DNA of 64,000 nucleotides from an uncultured Clostridia bacterium (GTDB lineage Bacteria; Bacillota; Clostridia; Oscillospirales; Acutalibacteraceae): NCBI GenBank assembly GCA_937890355.1, contig CALACW010000133.1, positions 8,030 to 72,029 of the forward strand, read 5' to 3'. Shown piece by piece: positions 61,254 to 64,000 of this stretch (position 1 is its first letter; each line of letters starts with the position of its first letter). The notes under the pieces were generated by a model. It saw only the letters and a program-made list of their open reading frames with translations, ran no database searches and was not told where the DNA came from. The position numbers and the translations under genes were made by a program.

Positions 61254-62549
61254 TTATTTTTTATCGTCTTTTCTCCAAAACTGAGGAAGGTACTCCATGT
61301 GAGCCTGTTTCATCTCATAGTAGCACTTGAACGCTCTGTCATAGTCGCCGACAAGAGGATGAATCATCAAAGCGTTGAGAGCTGCCTCGTCGTCGCCGTT
61401 CATAGCCGAGATAACGGTATATTTCTCATACTCCTTAACAACCTTCATAAGTCCTTCCATGTGTCTTGTCCAAGTATGGCTTACGGGTACAGGCTTTGCA
61501 CCGTCCTTGCCGATAACAGCCGCGATCTCGACTACATCGTCGTCATCCATAAACGGAAGAGTGCCGTTATTAAGAATATTGACAACGTGAACATCATTCT
61601 TATCATTTGCAATCGAATCAATAAGCGAACAAGCCGCAAGCGAATACTTATGTCCGCCTCTCTTATCAAGAAGCGCGGGCTTTACGCAAAGCTCCTCATC
61701 CTGATACATTTTAAGAAGCTGTTCCTCAATCTCCATGCAAACCTGCGCACGGCACTTAAGATCCTCTTTAAGATGCTTAACCTTAGCGTCTCTGCAATAG
61801 TAATACTGTAAGTATGATGACGGAATACCGCCGACAGCTTTAAGGCACTCAACATCAAAACCGTCGTCGTGAATGTTAGCCATAACCTTGGGAGCGTAGC
61901 CCTCGTCGAACAAATCGTAAAGGCACTCCTTGCCGTCTTTCTTTACGGAGGTAATCCAGCTTAAATGGTTAAGTCCGAGATATGTAATTTCCGCGTCCTG
62001 ACCGACAGCCTCTTTAGCGTCGTCAATCATATCAATAGGAACATTGCACAGACCCATGCACTTAACTTTTGTATTGTTAAGAACGAAGTCGGTAACGATA
62101 CCCGATGGATTAGTAAAATTGATAAGCCATGCGTCGGGGCATATCTCCTCCATCTTCTTGCAGATGTTTCCGATAACAGGAATGGTTCTCAAAGCCTTGA
62201 AGAATCCGCCGATACCCGTCGTCTCCTGTCCGATAAGACCGTACTTAATGGGTATTGTTTCGTCAAGATAACGACAGTGGAGTTTACCGACTCTTATCTG
62301 GGTAACAACGAAATCCGCACCGACAAGGGCGGAATCAAGATCGTCGGTCATGATAACTTCCGTGTCCATACCCGCTTTTTTTATCATTCTCTCGCAGAGA
62401 CTGCCGACAATAGTTCTCTTTCTGTCGTCGATATCCATTAATACAAGTCTCTTAATTTTAAGAGACTCCTGTCTTTTGATGAAACCGTCTACAAGCTCGG
62501 GACAATACGTACTGCCCGAACCGATTACGGTTACATTAATTTCTTTCAT
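61254..62549 (-). CDS. GH4 family NAD+/Mn2+-dependent 6-phospho-glycosidase (CelF/ChbF-like)
   Basis: Rossmann N-terminus VTVIGSGSTYCPELV, INFTNPSG, the GLCNVP catalytic-Cys motif, and GLNHLSW. Confidence 0.85.
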   Translation of the reverse strand: MKEINVTVIGSGSTYCPELVDGFIKRQESLKIKRLVLMDIDDRKRTIVGSLCERMIKKAGMDTEVIMTDDLDSALVGADFVVTQIRVGKLHCRYLDETIPIKYGLIGQETTGIGGFFKALRTIPVIGNICKKMEEICPDAWLINFTNPSGIVTDFVLNNTKVKCMGLCNVPIDMIDDAKEAVGQDAEITYLGLNHLSWITSVKKDGKECLYDLFDEGYAPKVMANIHDDGFDVECLKAVGGIPSSYLQYYYCRDAKVKHLKEDLKCRAQVCMEIEEQLLKMYQDEELCVKPALLDKRGGHKYSLAACSLIDSIANDKNDVHVVNILNNGTLPFMDDDDVVEIAAVIGKDGAKPVPVSHTWTRHMEGLMKVVKEYEKYTVISAMNGDDEAALNALMIHPLVGDYDRAFKCYYEMKQAHMEYLPQFWRKDDKK

Positions 62550-62584
62550 TTATATCAATCCTTTCGTGTATTTTTTTCCTGTGT

Positions 62585-63523
62585 TTATTTGCTTTCCAAA
62601 AGCCAGTTAATGCATCCGGTAACGGGAGCTGCATTAAGCTTTATAAAGTTTAACTTTCTGCCCGATTTTGTCTCGCACTTTTCTTTTAATGCGTTTACGT
62701 AAATATCATTGGGAAGTTTTACATGCATCGAACCAGAAAGAACAACGTTTACGACATCGCTGTCAAACACCTGCTGTTTCAAATGAGCGCAGATAAAGTC
62801 CGATCCCGTTTCAGCCATTTCGTCTATAACTTTCAATACGGGTTTATCGCCCATAAACGAAGCCTCAAAGAATATATCTGTAAGTCCCCTGCATATCTCG
62901 TCCTTAGTATTCTCGTTTTCGAATTTAGGAATAATCGAGAGAACGCCGTCTTTGTCGTTAACGCCGAATTTCTCAAAGAAAAGTTTTGTAAGAAGCGACT
63001 TTTGAGCCTGTAATACAACGTCGAAATAAACAATTCTGAATGCGCGTTCGGCTATCCAGTATCCGTTTCCGCTGTCGCCGGAAAGTTCGCCGAAACCGCC
63101 GACCTGGAGCATGTGACCTCTCGAATCAATCGAGTTACAGCACGTACCCGTTCCGCAGTTGTAACCTATGCCCGTACCGTCGGGAGAACCCGCCTTTGTT
63201 ACGATAAAACCGTCGTTGTATATTTCAAAATTTTTAAGTCCCTGATTCGAAAGAATCGAGAACATAGCGTCATGCTGGAACTGATGGTCGATTCCAGCAA
63301 GTCCCATAAGAATTCCGTCGATATTTCCGAGTTTTAATTTATTCTCCAAAAGAAGATTTGTGATACCCTCCATAAGGATATCGCACGCTTCCTCAAACGA
63401 TCCCTCTAAATTCTCATGATTGCTTCCCTTTGTCTTAACAACTGAAAGCATATTTTTATTTTCGTCAAACAATGCATATGCGGTCTTCGTACCGCCTCCG
63501 TCGACGCCTATATAATAACTCAT
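62585..63523 (-). CDS. BadF/BadG/BcrA/BcrD-type ATPase, N-acetylglucosamine-kinase-like
   Basis: YIGVDGGGTKT N-terminal phosphate-1 motif, GTGTCC, and an ASKHA-fold pattern. Confidence 0.75.
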   Translation of the reverse strand: MSYYIGVDGGGTKTAYALFDENKNMLSVVKTKGSNHENLEGSFEEACDILMEGITNLLLENKLKLGNIDGILMGLAGIDHQFQHDAMFSILSNQGLKNFEIYNDGFIVTKAGSPDGTGIGYNCGTGTCCNSIDSRGHMLQVGGFGELSGDSGNGYWIAERAFRIVYFDVVLQAQKSLLTKLFFEKFGVNDKDGVLSIIPKFENENTKDEICRGLTDIFFEASFMGDKPVLKVIDEMAETGSDFICAHLKQQVFDSDVVNVVLSGSMHVKLPNDIYVNALKEKCETKSGRKLNFIKLNAAPVTGCINWLLESK

Positions 63524-63539
63524 TTATTATCCTCCGAAA

Positions 63540-64000
63540 TTAAAAGCATTCTTCGCAGATATCGTCAAGACAGATATCGTTCCTGTCAAAATCGTTATCT
63601 CTGTTTATCCACATTCCGTTCGTAAAGTCGGGAAATGCGACCGCGGTACCGCCCAGTGCGACGCTCTGCTCGGAAAGTGCGGTAATAGCCATCCATGTCG
63701 CAGTGTCAATAGTATCAATGGGAGGCTTCGTCTCATTCATAATACTGTCGGCAAGAGCGAGGAGAATAAGATAATCCATTCCGCCGTGACCCGCCTTGAT
63801 TTTCTCCGCATCGTATTTTTTCCAAAGAGGATGAAGATACTTGTCTGCGTATTTCTCATTAAAATCCTCCCACTTATGCTGCGGGGAAACTCCGTCGATA
63901 TATATACTGCCGTTGCCGTCGTCGGGAGCTTCTTTGAATACGGCTTTTGTACCCTGAACCGTATACTCGCGTGAATACGGTCTCGGGAGAGAGCAGTCGT
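63540..64000 (-). CDS. Gfo/Idh/MocA-type NAD-dependent enzyme, GH109-like C-terminal part (5' end off window)
   Basis: I hand-translated upstream of the track's Met and the frame stays open to nt 64000. It reads ...YADKYLHPLWKKYDAEKIKAGHGGMDYLILLALADSI...TATWMAITALSEQSVALGGTAVAFPDFTNGMW. This resembles the GHGGMD / PDFT.G.W C-terminal pattern I recall for GH109-like proteins. Confidence 0.55.
   Translation of the reverse strand, partial: DCSLPRPYSREYTVQGTKAVFKEAPDDGNGSIYIDGVSPQHKWEDFNEKYADKYLHPLWKKYDAEKIKAGHGGMDYLILLALADSIMNETKPPIDTIDTATWMAITALSEQSVALGGTAVAFPDFTNGMWINRDNDFDRNDICLDDICEECF

Noticed and set aside
1-64000. Search for CRISPR arrays, rRNA, IS elements, prophage genes, restriction-modification or other recognisable defence genes.
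   Set aside because: None were recognised in any ORF translation or intergenic region. The only repeats seen are the 17-bp and 11-bp tandem duplications and protein-level domain repeats.

Overview
The window looks like chromosome from a low-GC Firmicute, probably a spore-forming Clostridia or Oscillospiraceae-like gut or rumen organism. Supporting signs are the conserved ffs(SRP RNA)-dnaX-ybaB-recR block, a cwlD-like amidase, radA and AGGAG-type RBSs. I saw no rRNA, CRISPR array, transposase, integrase or phage genes. Housekeeping and metabolic genes include hisIE, radA, a PPIase, a polyprenyl-phosphate sugar transferase, a GPH symporter, an FGGY kinase, a GDPD, and a riboswitch-controlled queT. 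There is also a six-gene acyl-CoA ligase plus 2-oxoacid:ferredoxin oxidoreductase operon, a GH4/BadF-kinase/GH109-like sugar cluster, and three tRNAs. Three things stand out. (1) Two giant secreted mosaic proteins (about 3655 aa on the minus strand at 12139..23106, and 2031 aa on the plus strand at 53478..59573) share an unnamed ~40-aa Cys3-His repeat module. They also share a C-terminal motif, D-x-D-G-x-I-C-D-x-C-G followed by a Cys/His-flanked hydrophobic or amphipathic tail, in place of any LPXTG sorting signal. (2) The ORF track misses three very small, strongly signalled amphipathic peptide genes: a tandem paralogous pair at 2606..3025 and a third at 31337..31462. The pair lies about 2.6 kb upstream of a module made of an intramembrane-sensing two-component system and a duplicated MacB-type ABC transporter. 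(3) Several smaller oddities: a GNAT-GH78 fusion, an SSB-tail-like (L/I)PFD repeat array inside DnaX, a Cys-Tyr in place of the conserved Cys-His in HisI, gene remnants, and short tandem repeats. All functional calls come from reading motifs in the translations. No database search or computation was run.
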